Positions 37,694 to 50,863 of a stretch of DNA of 64,000 nt are shown piece after piece (position 1 is the stretch's first letter; each line of letters opens with the position of its first letter). This stretch comes from Prorocentrum cordatum (Eukaryota), in assembly GCA_963575745.1 (NCBI GenBank), contig CAUYUJ010000023.1:1-64000 (forward strand). The letters run 5' to 3'. A program made the position numbers and the translations under genes. The notes beneath the pieces are model-generated. The model was not told where the DNA came from, ran no database searches, and saw only the letters and a program-made list of their open reading frames with translations.

Positions 37694-38180
37694 TCAGGCG
37701 GAAGGCAGCACGAAGCCCAGCTCTGCCGCGAGCTGCTTCGCCTCCGCCCTGGACAAAACCGCTCTCTTGTCGAACTCCAGGAGCGCCTTCCGCAGGGACG
37801 CCGGCGGCCCGCACTCCAGGAACTCTCGCGGCGGCGGCCGCAGGATCAGCATGTTCCGCATGCACGTGGCGCGGGAGAACATGACGTAGAGGTGCAGCCA
37901 CCACTGCTCGTCCGACATGCCCGTGCGGCCAGCGTCCTCGTCTCTCGCGCAGTCGATGGTGACGCCCTTGCGCAGCGTCTGGCCCTGCGACAGCGTGGAG
38001 GTCAGGTAGGACGCGTGCGTCAGGGTGAACCCCGAGCGGCGCACGCTGTGCGCCCCCGAGCTCTGCCATGTGAACTCCCTTTCGCTGGGCCTGAACATCA
38101 GCAAGCTCCGCGCCCGCGCCTCGGCCTGGCCGTCGTCGTCGGCGCCTTCGGCGCCCTGTCGCAGCACCTCGGCGACCTGA
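37694..38180 (-). pseudogene. C-terminal fragment of a Pif1/SF1B-type (Helitron RepHel-like) helicase
   Basis: RRSGFTLTHASYLTSTLSQGQTL resembles motif V (RxQFPLxxAxAxTxHKSQGQTL). HLYVMFSRAT resembles motif VI (LYVALSR). 5'-truncated next to a tandem array. Confidence 0.8.
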
Positions 38181-38240
38181 GGAGCCCAAAAACTTCCTTG
38201 TTGCTCCAAAATGTGGCCTGGGAACTGCGTTCTGGCAGCG

Positions 38241-38996
38241 CGAGAACCCAAAATTGACGACAGTTACAGGTTTTGGATGACCCGCTCGGATTACCAACAT
38301 GATCTGCGGGCCCCATAGGGAGGGGGCTCCCGCCTGAGACTTCCTCGCAGTTCACTCACAGACGAGGCTCCCGCCTGAGACTTCCTCCATATTCAGGCTT
38401 GAGGAGCCCAAAAGTGACGACAGTTACAGGGTTCCGATGACCCGCTCGGATTACCAACATGATCTGCGGGCCCCATAGGGAGGGGGCTCCCGCCTGAGAC
38501 TTCCTCACAATTCACTCAGAGACGAGGCTCCCGCCTGAGACTTCCTCCAAATTCAGGCTTGACGAGCCCAAAAGTGACGACAGTTACAGGGTTCCGATGA
38601 CCCGCTCGGATTACCAACATGATCTGCGGGCCCCATAGGGAGGGGGCTCCCGCCTGAGCCTTCCTCAGAATTCACTCACAGACGAGGCTCCCGCCTGAGA
38701 CTTCCTCCAAATTCAGGCTTGAGGAGCCCAAAAGTGACGACAGTTACAGGGTTCCGATGACCCGCTCGGATTACCAACATGATCTGCGGGCCCCATAGGG
38801 AGGGAGCTCCCGCCTGAGACTTCCTCCCAATTCACTCACAGACGAGGCTCCCGCCTGAGACTTCCTCCATTTTCAGGCCTGGGGAGCCCAAAAGTGACGA
38901 CAGTTACAGGGTTCCGATGACCCGCTCGGATTACCAACATGATCTGCGGGCCCCATAGGGAGGGGGCTCCCGCCTGAGACTTCCTCACAATTTACT
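38241..38996. repeat. 160-bp tandem repeat, ~4.7 near-identical copies
   Basis: CCCGCTCGGATTACCAACAT recurs at 38281, 38441, 38601, 38761 and 38921. Each unit holds two copies of GGCTCCCGCCTGAGACTTCCTC. Confidence 0.95.
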
Positions 38997-38999
38997 CAA

Positions 39000-39114
39000 C
39001 GATGATGAGGATGAGGATGATGAGTGGTGGTGAAGATGAGTGGTGAAGAGGATGATGATTGATTGTGAGTGGTGGTGGCGATGATGATGTTTGAATGAGG
39101 ATGATGCCGATGCC

Positions 39115-39150
<36 letters not shown>

Positions 39151-39300
39151 CGTGAGCGTGTGAGAGAGTGCGAGTGATGATGATGATGAGTATGTGAGTG
39201 ACTAAGCATGTGAGAGAGCATCATCGATGATGCTGATGAGGTTGATGATGAGAGAGTGTGAGTGAGTGTGAGTGGGTGTGAATGTGTGTGTGTGTGTGTT
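39000..39300. repeat. Compound microsatellite (GAT)n/(GAGT)n/(GT)n
   Basis: Read directly from the sequence. Confidence 0.95.
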
Positions 39301-41024
39301 CCTGTTCCTGCGCGGGGTGTCCAGAGAAAACAAGAACCCCACTTTGGATGTGGGGAAAAACATGATCTTTCGAGTTTTTGGGTTTTGCTCCAGACTCCTC
39401 CGCGAGGAAAGAGCTCCACGAGGGCCCCGGCGGTAACCTGGTTGACGGTTTACCGCCGGTTCCCATTGATCGACCCGGCCAGGAAAGGACAAAGTTGTAA
39501 CTTTTGGGTGATTTTGCGAATAACTCGAAGAGCTCCCCTCAGCAAGGTATTGCTGGAAGCTTAAGAGTAATTCCGAGGCGCTGGAGAGCTAGTTGCCAAG
39601 AAAAATATCGACGAACCTTCTGCTGACTTTTGATCGGTTGAAAATTTTATTCTCAAAATTTGAACATTCATTAGAGCTCTAGTATTTCCCGTGATATTCG
39701 ATCTCATTTTCGCTCGCCATCTTAATCTCAGCTCGATCGGGTACTTTTTACTTCCAAAAAGCGTCCAGGCGGGATCGGCCGTTACGAGTCATCTTGATAC
39801 GCGTTGTCGGTATTTTGTACTTAACTCGAGCTCTAGGGCAGCTACAGAGCTGGTAAGCAACCTTATCCATTCAGAATCATCAGGCGCGTTTGTCTGTTGA
39901 ATCCAGAGGTCTGAACTCGGTCTGCTAGCCGAGCTAGGTCTGCAAACCTATTCGTATTACTCGAGTCATCCTGACAGGCGCTCTCGGTTTTCTGGAGCTA
40001 TCGGACATCTACAGAGCTGATAGTCACAGAAATCGATTCAGGATAATCCGTTGCGTTTGTCTGTTGAATCCAGTGCTCTGAACTTGGTCTGCTGCCCGAT
40101 CTAGAATCGCGAAGCTGTTCGTATTGTTCGAGTCATCTCGAGAGGTGCTGCCGATTTTCTGCACTTTACTCGGGCTGTAGGGGGGCTACAGTGCTGGTGG
40201 TGGCAGCAATCGATTTGGAGACATCAGGCGCGTCCGCCTGTGAAATCCAGAGCTCGGAACTCGGTCTGCTGCCCGAACTCGGCCGCGAAACTGTTCGTAT
40301 TGTTTCAGTCATCCTGAAAGATGCTGTCGGCTTTTTGCATTTAACTCGAGCTGTAAGGGGATTGCAGGGCTGGTAATCACAGGAATCGATTAAGAGACAT
40401 CAGACGCGTCCGCCTGTCGCATCTGAACTCGGTCTGATACTCGAGCTCGGTTTGCGAAACTATTCGTTTTGTCCGAGTCATCTTGAGAGATGCTGTCGAT
40501 TAACGCACGTAACTCGGGCTGTAGCAGAGCTACAGAGCTCGTGCAGAAGAGAATCCAGTAGTATCGGGGGGCGTTCGGCTGCTGCATCGAGAGGTCTGAA
40601 ATCGCTTGGGCTGAAAAACTATTCGTTCTCTGCAGTTTTTTTCCGACATTATATATTGTCAGGAAGCTCTACGAGTCTCCCGGCGGTAAGAAAGGTTGAC
40701 GGTTTACCGCCGGCGCCCAGTATGTGAAATATATTTGACAATTGATTTTGAGGAAGCAGATTTTTCGCACCTGTGAACGACTATGAGGGCCTCTTCGTCT
40801 TAATATGAGCTCTGTAGGCGCACATTTACTATCAAAACACTTGGAGGAACCAACTTCATCTCGGCATCAAAAAAATCACTGTTCAATTTTTTCAGAAATG
40901 CCTCCAGAAGCTCTCTCTTTCGACTCTGAGTTCTCTCACGCGTGGAAGGAGCTCTACGAGGTTCCCGGCGGTGACCAGGTTGACGGTTCACTGCCGGCGC
41001 CATCCCGGCGCGGGGTGGAGCTAG

Positions 41025-42231
41025 TAACTCGTAGAGCTTCCCTTAGCAAGTTATTGCTGGAAGCTTAAGAGTAATTCCGGGGTGCTGGAGAGCTAGTTGG
41101 CAAGAAAAATCTCGACGGAACTTTTGGTGACTTTTGGTCGGTTGAAAGTTTTGTTCTCGAAATTCAACCATTCGTTAGAGCTCTAGTATTTTTTCCATGA
41201 TATTCGATCATACTCCTGCTCGCCATCTTGATCTCAGCTCGATCGGGTAGCTTTTACTGCCAAAAAGCAGGCAGGCGGGATCGGCCGTTTTGGGTCATCT
41301 TGACACGCGATGGCGGTTTTCTGAACATTTCTCGAGCTTTAGGACAGCTACGGAGCTGGTAAGCACAGCTAATCGATTCAGAATGATCAGGCGCGTCCGC
41401 CTGTTGAATCTAGAGGTCTGAACTCGGTCTGCTAGCCGAGCTAGGTCCGTAAACCTATTCGTATTATTCGGGTCATCTTGACATGCACTTTCGGTTTTCT
41501 GTATTTAACTCGAGCTATAGGACAGCTACAGAGATGATACTCACAGAAACCGATTCAGAATCATCAGTCGCATTTGTCTGTTCAATCCAGAGCTCTGAAC
41601 TCGGTCTGCTGCTCGATCTAGAATCGCGAAACTTGTCGTATTGTGCGAGTCATCCTGAGAAGTGCTCTCAGTTTTCTGGACTGAACTCGGGCTGCAGTGG
41701 AGCTACAGTGCTGGTGCTCACATGAATTTGTTCAACGACATCAGGCGCGTCCGCCTGTCGAATCCAGAGCTCGAAACTCGGTCTGCTTCCCGAACTAGTC
41801 CGCGAAACTATTGTATTGTTCGAGTCATCCTGAGAGGTGCTGTCGGTTTCCTGCACTTAACTTGGGCTGTAGGGGAGGGGCTGCAGGGCTGGTAATCACA
41901 GGAGTCGATTCGCGCACATCAGACGCGTCCGCCTGTCGCATTCAGAGGTTTGAACTCGGTTTGGTACTCGAGCTGGGTTGGCAAACTATCCGTTTTGTTA
42001 GAGTCATCTTGAGAGGTGCTGTTTACGCACGTAACTCGGGCTGTAGGAGAGCTACAGAGCTCGTAAAGAAGACAATTTAGAAGCATCGGGGGCGTTCGGC
42101 TGCTGCATCCTGAAATCGCTTGGGCTGGAAACTATTCGTTCTCTGCATTTTTTTCCACATTATATATTGTCTGGAAGCTCTACGAGTCCCCCGGCGGTAA
42201 GAAAGGTTGACGGTTTACCGCCGGCGCCCAG
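41025..42231 (+). mobile_element. Intact family B element inside an A element
   Basis: Both termini present. Empty site GGAGCTAG|TTGGTCGACCC. Confidence 0.8.
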
Positions 42232-42646
42232 TTGGTCGACCCGACGAGCAAGGACAAAGTGACAACTTTGGGCTGGTTTTGCGAATATTTGAAAGATGTT
42301 TGACGATTTATTTTGAGAAAACAGATTTTTTGCACCTGTGAAAGGTTCTCAGAGTCTCTGCGTCAAAATATGAGCTATATAGACGCACTTTTACTACCAA
42401 AACACTTGGAGCAACTAACTTTATTTTGACATAAAAAAATGAACGTTCACTTTTTCGAGAATGCCTCCAGAAGCTCTCTTTTCGACTCTGACGCATGAAC
42501 GGAGCTCTACGAGGTTCCCGGCGGTGACCAGGTTGACGGTTCACCGCCGGCGCCAGTTTTGAACGCTACCAAGTAGGAGCCGCTGCGGGGGTTCTGGACC
42601 GGCGAAGATGGGCTGCTGGCGGGCACGACCACCGTCGGGCTTCTAA

Positions 42647-43046
42647 TACCTCGTAGAGCTCTTCGTTATCGATGAGCTAGAGGAATTCCGGCGCGGGGTG
42701 GAGCTAGTTGGCCCACCCGGCCAGACATGACAAAGTGATAACTTTTGGTTGGTGTTGCCATTATTTGAAAGATATTTGATTATTCATTTTAAGAAAGCAG
42801 TTTTTTCGCACCTGTAGACGAATTTGAGGGCCTCGGCGTCTTAATATCAGCTCTGTAGGCGCACATTCACTATCAAAACACTTGGGGGGACGAACTTCAT
42901 GTCGACGTGAAAAAAAATATATGTTTCAATTTTTTTGAAAAATGTCCCAAGAAGTTCTCTCCTTCGACTCTGAGCACTCTTACGCGTGGAAGGAACTCTG
43001 CGAGGTTCCCGGCGGTGACCAGGTTGACGGTTCACCGCCGGTGCCA
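42647..43046 (+). mobile_element. Family A element inserted in a minus-strand C element
   Basis: Empty site GGCTTCTAA|TCTAAAACCC, seen uninterrupted at ~44005. Confidence 0.75.
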
Positions 43047-43368
43047 TCTAAAACCCTCTATCTCTCAGGGAGCTCTCCAGGAAAAACCTGGAGAGCGGAG
43101 AGACCCTGTGGGACGGGAAACTGGGCGCCGGCGGTAAACCGTCAACCTTTCTCACCGCCGGGGACTCGTAGAGTTTCCTGACATATATAATGTCGAAAAA
43201 TAATTGCAGAGAACGAATAGTTTTTCAACCCGAGCGATTTCATACCTCTCAGTCAGACGCCGCCTTCTGGATCGTTGTCTGTGCTTCCGAGCTCTGTGGC
43301 TCTCCTGCAGCCCGAGTTACGTGCGAAAACCGACAGCGCCTCTCACGATGACTCGAACAATGCGAATA

Positions 43369-44138
43369 GTTTTTTTTTTTTTTTTTTGTTGTTGTTGTTG
43401 TTGTTGTTTGTTTTTTCGGCCGCAGCGAACGCAAAACGCGCACGGAGGCTCCGCAGGCGTCGTCGGGAGGTCACCGTAGGGGTTGTGCACTGCTCGGGCT
43501 ACCGCTTTTTGTGCAGCTATACCTAAGATGCCCCACCAGGGGTGCAAGAGCCCTAGGGCCATCCCACGCCGCGCCCGAGGGTGGACACCTTTCGTGCGAT
43601 CTTGCGCCAATTTTGGCACAAGCTCTACGGCTTGTTTTCCCCACCGGCCATAAGTTTCAACGGCTAGACACTGCAGCGACCCCAACCGCTACTCAGGACG
43701 TCGTGGTATGTTGTGTTACTTGGTAGCGTCCAAAACCCGGAGAGCAGAGAGCAAAGATAATACACGCCGGAAAGCTTTCCTGGCGGGCCCTCGGACGCTC
43801 TCGTGAAGCGCTTCTGGAGCTCTGGAGGCTCCCCTGCAGCGCTTCTGAAGCGCTGCCGGGAACGCTTCCACGCGAGCATGCACGCGTGCAGGCACGCGTG
43901 GGCGCGTGCCCGAAGCGCTCCCGGACCCGCTGCGACGTTTTACAGGTCGCTGCGGGGATTCTGGAGCGGCGAAGATGGGCTGCTGGCAGACACCGCCACC
44001 GTCCGGCTTCTAATCTAAAACCCTTTAGCTCTCAGAGAGCTCTCCGGGAATTTTCTACTTCCGCCCTGTCTAGAAGTCTGCCCGCCGCATTGCTCGTGCT
44101 TCCTCTGGGTTGCCCATTTCTGGAGATAGGTGAGGTAC
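43369..44138 (-). pseudogene. 5'-truncated CRE-like (restriction-like endonuclease) non-LTR retrotransposon 3' end, split by a C element
   Basis: Reconstructed SPISRNGQPRG...LLDRAEVENNTTYHDVLSSG/LGSLQCLAVETYGRWGKQAVELV...WWGILGIAAQKAVA, followed by a (CAA)n-poly(A) tail at 43369-43416. Confidence 0.75.
43719..44050 (-). mobile_element. Intact family C element (332 bp)
   Basis: Plus strand reads CTTGGTAGCGTCCAAAACCCGGAGAGC ... GCTCTCCGGGAA. Confidence 0.8.
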
Positions 44139-47100
44139 TCGCAAACCTAGCTCGAGTATCAGACCGAGTTCAGACCTCTCAAAGCGACAGGCGGACGCGC
44201 CTGATGTCTTCAAAGCGATAACTGTGATTACCAGCCCTGTAAACCCCCCACAGCCCGAGTTAAGTGCAGAAAACCGACAGCAGCTCTCAAGATGACTCGA
44301 ACAGTACGAATAGTTTCGCGGACCTAGCTCGAGCAGCAAACCGAGTTCAGACCTCTAGATGCAACAGACGAACGCGTCTGATGATTCCGAATCGATTTAT
44401 TTGAGTATCAGCTCTTTAGCTGTCCTACAGCTCGAGTTAAGTCCACAATACCGAGAACGCGTATCAAGATGACTCGAAACGGCCAATCCCGCCCGTGTGC
44501 TTTTTGGCAGTAAAGGGTACCCGATCGAGCTGAGATCAAGACGGCGAGCGGGAATAAGATCGAATATCACGGGAAAAAATACTAGAGCTCCAACGAATGG
44601 TTGAATTTCGAGAACAAAATTGCTCAACCGACGAAAAGTCACCAAAAGGTCCGTCGAGATTTTTCTTGCCAACTAGCTCTCCAGCGCGCCGGAATTACTC
44701 GGAGCCTCGGTAAACCGTCAACCAGGTTACCACCGGGAGCCTCGTAGAGCTCTTTTCTCGTGCAGGGCTGCCCGGTACACATTAAGGGAGTTTTCTCCAA
44801 GATTTCTGTGCGGAAGATCTCTCAAGCTTATCTGCAGCTCGAGTTAAGTGGCAAAAATCACCATCAGTTCGAAAAAAAAAATCGGTCGCATACGAATAGT
44901 TTTGCGGACCTAGCTTGGGTAGCAGACTGTGTTCAGAGCTCTAGATGCTCAGCCGAACGCCCCTCATCATTCTGGATCGGTTTCTGTGCGTGCCAGCTCT
45001 GCAAATCTGCTATAGCTTCAGTTGAGAACAGAAGACCCACAGCGCCTGCAAACAGAACTTGAAGAATACGAATAGTTTTGTGGACTCTAGCTAGCAGACC
45101 GAGTTCAGACCGCTGAATTCAACAGACAGGCGCGCCTAATGATACAGAGCCCTCTCATGTGTACCAGCTATGTAGCTATTTTGAATCGTGAGTTAAGTAC
45201 AGAAAACCGACAGCACTCGTCAAACTGACTCGAAGAATACGAATGGGTTTGCGAACCAGGCTCGAGCAGCAGACCAAGTTCAGAGCTCTAGATGGGACAG
45301 GCGAGCGCGCCTGATGATTTTGAATCGGTTCCTGTAAGCATCAGTTCTGTAGCTGTCCTAAATCTCGAGATACGTACAGAAAACCGTCAACGTGTGTCAA
45401 GATGACTCGAAACGGCCGACGGTTCTAGCAAGTGTTTTGATTGTAATATTGCAGCTGCGGACCTGAGAATTTAATTGGCAGACGCGGCATAACCCACTAC
45501 AGGTGGGAAAGATATTGGTTCTCAAAACGAATTTTCAAATTTTCCACAAATATAGAAACTGGAACCGGCGGTAAACCGTCAACCAGGTTACCGCCGGGTC
45601 CTCGTAGAGCTCTCTTCTCGCACGGCGCTCCTCGGTAGATATGCAGGAAGACTCTGGATCAAGATCCCGAAACTCGAAAAAACACGTTTTATGTTTTGAT
45701 CGAAAGACGGTTCCGCCAAGTGTTTTGATGGCAATACTGCCCCTACGGGCATGAGAATTTGATTGGCGAGCGCGAAATAACCCACTACAGGTGCGAAAAA
45801 TACCGATTCTCAAAATAAATGTTCAAATCTCTCACAAAGTTTGTCCAACCACCCCAAAGTTTGCACATTGTCCGTCGGGGCCGGGTCGGCGAACTAGCTG
45901 CACCCCGCGCCCGAATTCCTCTAGCTCATCGATGCCGAAGAGCTCTACGAGGTAAACCGACACAAAGTCGTCACATTGTCTCTTAAGGTCGGGTCGGCAA
46001 ACTGGGCCCCGGCGGTAAACCGTCAACCAGGTTACCACCGGGGGCCTCGTAGAGCTCGCTTCTCGTGCGGGGCTGCCCGGTGCATTGAGGGAGTTTTCTT
46101 CAAGATTTCTGTGCGAAAGACCTTTCAAGCTCATCTGGAGCTCGAGTTAAGTTGGAAAAAGCACCTTGAGTTCCAAAAAAGAATCGGTCGCATACGAATA
46201 GTGCTGCGGACCTAGCTCGGGTAGCAGACTGTGTTCAGAGCTCTAGATGCTCCAGCCGAACGCCCCTGATGATTCTAGATTGGTATCCGTGCGTTCTAGC
46301 TCTGCAACTCTGCTACAGCTTCAGTTCAGTACAGAAGACCGACAGCGCCTGCAAAGATAACTTCAATAATACGAACAGTTTTGCGGACCTAGCTCTAGCA
46401 GACCGAGTTCAGACCACTCAATGAAACAGACGGACGCGCCTAATGATACAGAATCCTATCATGTGCGTACCAGCTCTGTAGCTATTCTGGATCGTGAGTT
46501 AAGTGCAGAACGCCAACAGCACTTGTCAAAATGACTCGCAGATTACGAATAGATTCGCGGACCTAGCTCGAGCAGCAGATCGAGTGCAGAGCTCTCGATG
46601 GGAGAGACGAACGCGCCTCAGCTACAGAGCTGATACGTACAGAAACCGATTCAGAATCATCAGTGGCAGTTGTCTGTTGAATCCAGAGCTCTGAACTCGG
46701 TCTGCTGCCCGATCTAGAATCGCGAAACCATTCGTATTGTTCGAGTCATCTTGAGCAGTGCTCTCGGTCTTCTGCACTCAACTCGGGCTGAGGGGGGCTA
46801 TAGTGCTGGTGGTCACAAGAATCGATTTGAAGACATCAGGCGCGTCCGCCTGTCGAATCCAGAGCTCGGAACTCGGTCTGCTGTCCGAACTAGGTCAGCG
46901 AAACTATTGTATTGATCGAGTCATCCTGAGAGGTGCTGTCGGTTTTCTGCACTTAACTCGGGCTGTAGGGGGCTGCAGGGCTGGTAATCACAGGAGTCGA
47001 TTCGCGACATCAGATGCGTCCGTTTTCGAGCTGGGTTGCCAAACTATTTGTTTTCTTAGAGTCATCTTGAGAGGTGCTGTCGATTTACGCACGTAACTCG

Positions 47101-50100
47101 GGCTGTAGGAGAGCTACAGAGCTCGTAAAGAAGACAATCCAGAAGCATCGGGGGCGTTCGGCTGTTGCATCGAGAGGTCTGAAATCGCTTGGGCTGAAAA
47201 ACTATTCGTTCTCTGCAATTTCTTTCCACATTATATATTGTCAGGAAGCTCTACGAGTCCCCCGGCGGTAAGAAAGGTTGACGGTTTACCGCCGGCGCCC
47301 AGTTGGCCCACCCGGCCGGGACAGACAAATTGGTGACTTTTGGTCAGTTTTGTAAAAATTTGAAAGATATTTCATCATTTATTTTGAGAAAGCAGATTTT
47401 TGCGCGTCGCATTGGCATATGAACTCCTCTCTCACAGCAGCTCAGCTCTCCCAATTCATCTTCTCATGAGTTCACTTCCGGGAACTGAGCGAATATGAAT
47501 ATCGAAAAAACCAAAAATAAAGATTTTCGAAAAATATTTTTTTGTATGTCTACTCCGATTGTTCGCTCTCTGATCAGTTTTCTGAGCTCTACGAGGTTCC
47601 CGGCGGTGGCTAGGTTGACGTTTCACCGCCGGCGCCAGTCCGGGTTTTGGACAACAAGAAGTACCTCGTAGAGCTCTTCGGCATCGATGAGCAGGAGAAA
47701 TTCCGGCGCAGGGTGGAGCTAGTTGGGCGACCCGACCAGAAGAGACAATGTGAGATCTGTGGGTCGGTTTTGCTAAGATTTGAAAGATATTTGACAATTC
47801 ATTTTGAGAAAGCAGATTCTTCGCACCTGTGAACGATTATGAGGGCCTCTCCGTCTCAATATGAGTTCTGCAGGCGCACTTTTACTATCAAAAGACTTGA
47901 AGCAACCATCTTTATGTCGACATGAAAAAATCAATTTTGCCTTTTTCGCAAAATGCTTCCAGAAGCTCTCTCTGTCGATTCTAAGCACTCTCACGCGTGG
48001 AAGGAGCTCTACGAGGTTCCCGGCGGTGACCAGGTTGACGGTTTACCGCCGGCAGCAGTGTCTTCTTTGCTCTCCGGGTGTTGGACGCTACCAATAACTC
48101 GTAGAGCTTCCCTTAGCAAGATATTGCTGGAAGCTTAAGAGTAATTCTGGGGCGCTGGAGAGCTAGTCGGCAAGAAAAATCTCGACGGACCTTTTGGTGA
48201 CTTTTCGGTTGAAAATTTTGTTCTCGAGATTCCCCCATTCGTTAGAGCTCCAGATTTTTTTTGTGATTTTCGACCTTATTCCCGCTCGCCATCTTGATCT
48301 CAGCTCGATTCGGTGCCTTTTACTGCCAAAAAGCACACGGGCATACTTGAGCTCGGTTTGCCAAACTATTCGTATTGTTCGAGTCATCCTCAGAGGTGCT
48401 GTCGATTGGACGCTACCAAACCCTTTCGCTCTCCGGATTTTGGACGCCACGAATCTCTTTGCTCTCCAGGTTTTGGACGCTACCAAGTAAATCGTAGAGC
48501 TCTTCGGCATCGATGAGCTTGAGGAATTCCGGCGCGGGTGGGGCTAGTTGGCAGACCCGACGTTAAGAGACAATGTGATTACCTGGGGTGGGTTTTCCTA
48601 AGATTTGAAAGATATTTGAGGCCTGATCGATTGAACAATTGAAGATTTCGCACCTTTAGTGGGTTATGCCGCGCCTGCCAGTCAAATTCTCAGGTCCGTA
48701 GGTGCAGTATTATTATCAAAACACTTGGAGGAATCGACGTTGGATAAAAACAGAAAACACGATTCTTAGATTTTCTTGTTTCTCGCTCCAGAAGCTTTCT
48801 TCATGTGTTCCGACGATCGCCGTGCAAGAAGAGAGCTCTATGAGGTTCCCGGCGGGAACCAGGTTGACGGTTTACCGCCGGTTTTGAGTGGACGCTACCA
48901 AGTGGACGCTACCAAGTACCTTGTAGAGCTCGTCGGCAAGATGAGCTAAGAGGAATTCGGACGCAGGGTGGAGCTAGTTGGCGACCCAACCGAGCTCTTC
49001 GGCATCGATGCGCTAGAGGAATAACTCGTAGAGCTTTCCAAAGCTTGTTGCTGGAAGCTTAAGAGTAATTCCGGGGCGCTGGAGAGCTAGTTGGCAAGAA
49101 AAATCTCGACGGACCCTTTGATGACTTTTAGTCAGTTGAAGATTTTGTTGTCGACATTTAACCATTCGTTTGAGCTCTAATATTTTTCCCATATTCGATC
49201 TTATTCCCGCTCGCCGTCTTGATCTCAGCTCGATCGGGTACCTTTTACTGCCAAAAAGCCTTGCGGCGCGATCGGCCGTTTCGAATCAGCTTTATACGCG
49301 TTGACGGTTTTCCGTTCTTAACTCGAGCTTTAGAGCAACCGCAAAGTTGATACTTACAGAAACCGGTTTAGGATAATCAGGCGCGTTCGTCGGTTGTATC
49401 TAGAGGTCTTAACTCGGTCTGCTACTCGAGCTAGGCCCGCTATATTATTTGATTACTTGAGTCGTCTTGACAGGTGCTGCGGTTTTCTGTACTTAACTCG
49501 GGCTGTAAGAGAAAAAGAGAGCTGGTATTCACAGAAACCGATTCATAATCATCAGGCGCGTCTGTCTCTAGCATCTAGGGGTCTGAATTCGGTCTACTAC
49601 TCGAGCTAGGTCGCGGAACTGTTCGTACTCTACGATTTTGTTGGAGGGTACTGTCGATTATCGGTGATTAATTCGAGCTGTAGTGAGCTACAGAGCTGAT
49701 ACACATACGTAACCGATTCGGAATCATCAGGCGCGCTCGTCAGTTACATCTAGAGCTTTCAACTCGGTCTGCTACTCGAGCTAGGTTCGCGAAACTGGGA
49801 GTCGGCGGTAAACCGTCAACCAGGTCACCGCCGGGCAGCTCGTAGAGCTCTTCCCTTGCACAGCACTCCCCCGAACACATGAAGGAAGCTTCTGAAGCGA
49901 GAGCCAAAAAATTAGAAAAATCACGATTTTTCGGTTTTCATCCAAAGTCGGTTGCTCCAAGTGTTTTGATAGTAATACTGCACCTACCGACCTGAGAATT
50001 TAACTGGCAGACGCGGCATAACTCACTACAGGTGCGAAAAATCTGCTTTCTCAAAATGAATGGTCAAATATCTCTCAAATCTTAGCAAAACCAACCAAAA

Positions 50101-50538
50101 GTTACACATTGTCCGCCCGGACCGGCTCGGCCAACTAGCTCCACCCCGCGCCGGAATTCCTTTAGCTCATCGATAACGAAGAGCTCTACGAGGTACTTGG
50201 TGCTGGCGGTAACCCGTTAACCAGGTTACCGCCAGGGCCCTCGTAGAGCTCTGGGATCATGGAATTCTGTTTAGATCCCGGCGAGTATGTTCAAGCAGAC
50301 GTGAGTTCAGAGAATCGAACATATTCTAATCATTCGGAAAAGACATTCCTACAGCCCATTGTTCCTCCAGTTTTTTCCTAGGTATAGTCCAGCTACGAAC
50401 TTGAGAATTCGACAGGCGAGCGCGGCACTTGGTAGGGTCCAAAACCCGGAGAGCGGAGAGACCCCCCGGAACGGGAAATCTTTTCTGGAAAGCTCTTGGG
50501 GCCTCTTGAAGCGCTTCGAAAGCGCTGCCAGGCACGCC

Positions 50539-50863
50539 TCCACGCGTGCCTGCACGCGTGCAGGCACGCGTGGACGCGTGCCCGAAGCGCTCCCGGACCT
50601 GCTGCGAGGTTTTTCAAGTCGCTGCGAGGATCCTGGTCCGGCGGTGATGGGCTGCTGGCGGGCGCCACCGCTGTCGAGCTTCTAATCAAAATTTCTCTAG
50701 CTCTCAGAGAGCTCTCCGGGAACAACCCACTCTACGTTGCGAAAATAATGGTTTGTAGAACGAATTTCAAAATCTCGCAGCAGCCTGTAAAATCTCGCAG
50801 CGGGTCCGGGGGCGCTTCGGGCACGCGTCCACGCGTGCCTGCACGCGTGCAGGCACGCGTGGA
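50539..50863. repeat. Two perfect 36-bp palindromes in inverted C-family modules
   Basis: TCCACGCGTGCCTGCACGCGTGCAGGCACGCGTGGA at 50539-50574 and 50828-50863. Confidence 0.9.

Larger units (their letters stand above)
37289..39357 (-). mobile_element. Family E: probable internally deleted Helitron2-like element carrying a helicase remnant
   Basis: Minus-strand 5' end TTCCCCACATCCAAAGTGGGG (hairpin). Subterminal ATGCGGGG (7/8 inverted match to CCCCACAT), then TTCTCCCGTCGAAG|T. Interrupts an A-like host. Confidence 0.65.

Noticed and set aside
37361..38300. 298-aa (+) and 243-aa (-) ORFs
   Set aside because: GC-rich alternative frames overlapping the helicase-motif frame.
38241..38996. CRISPR-like array
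   Set aside because: Whole 160-bp units are near-identical, with no unique spacers.
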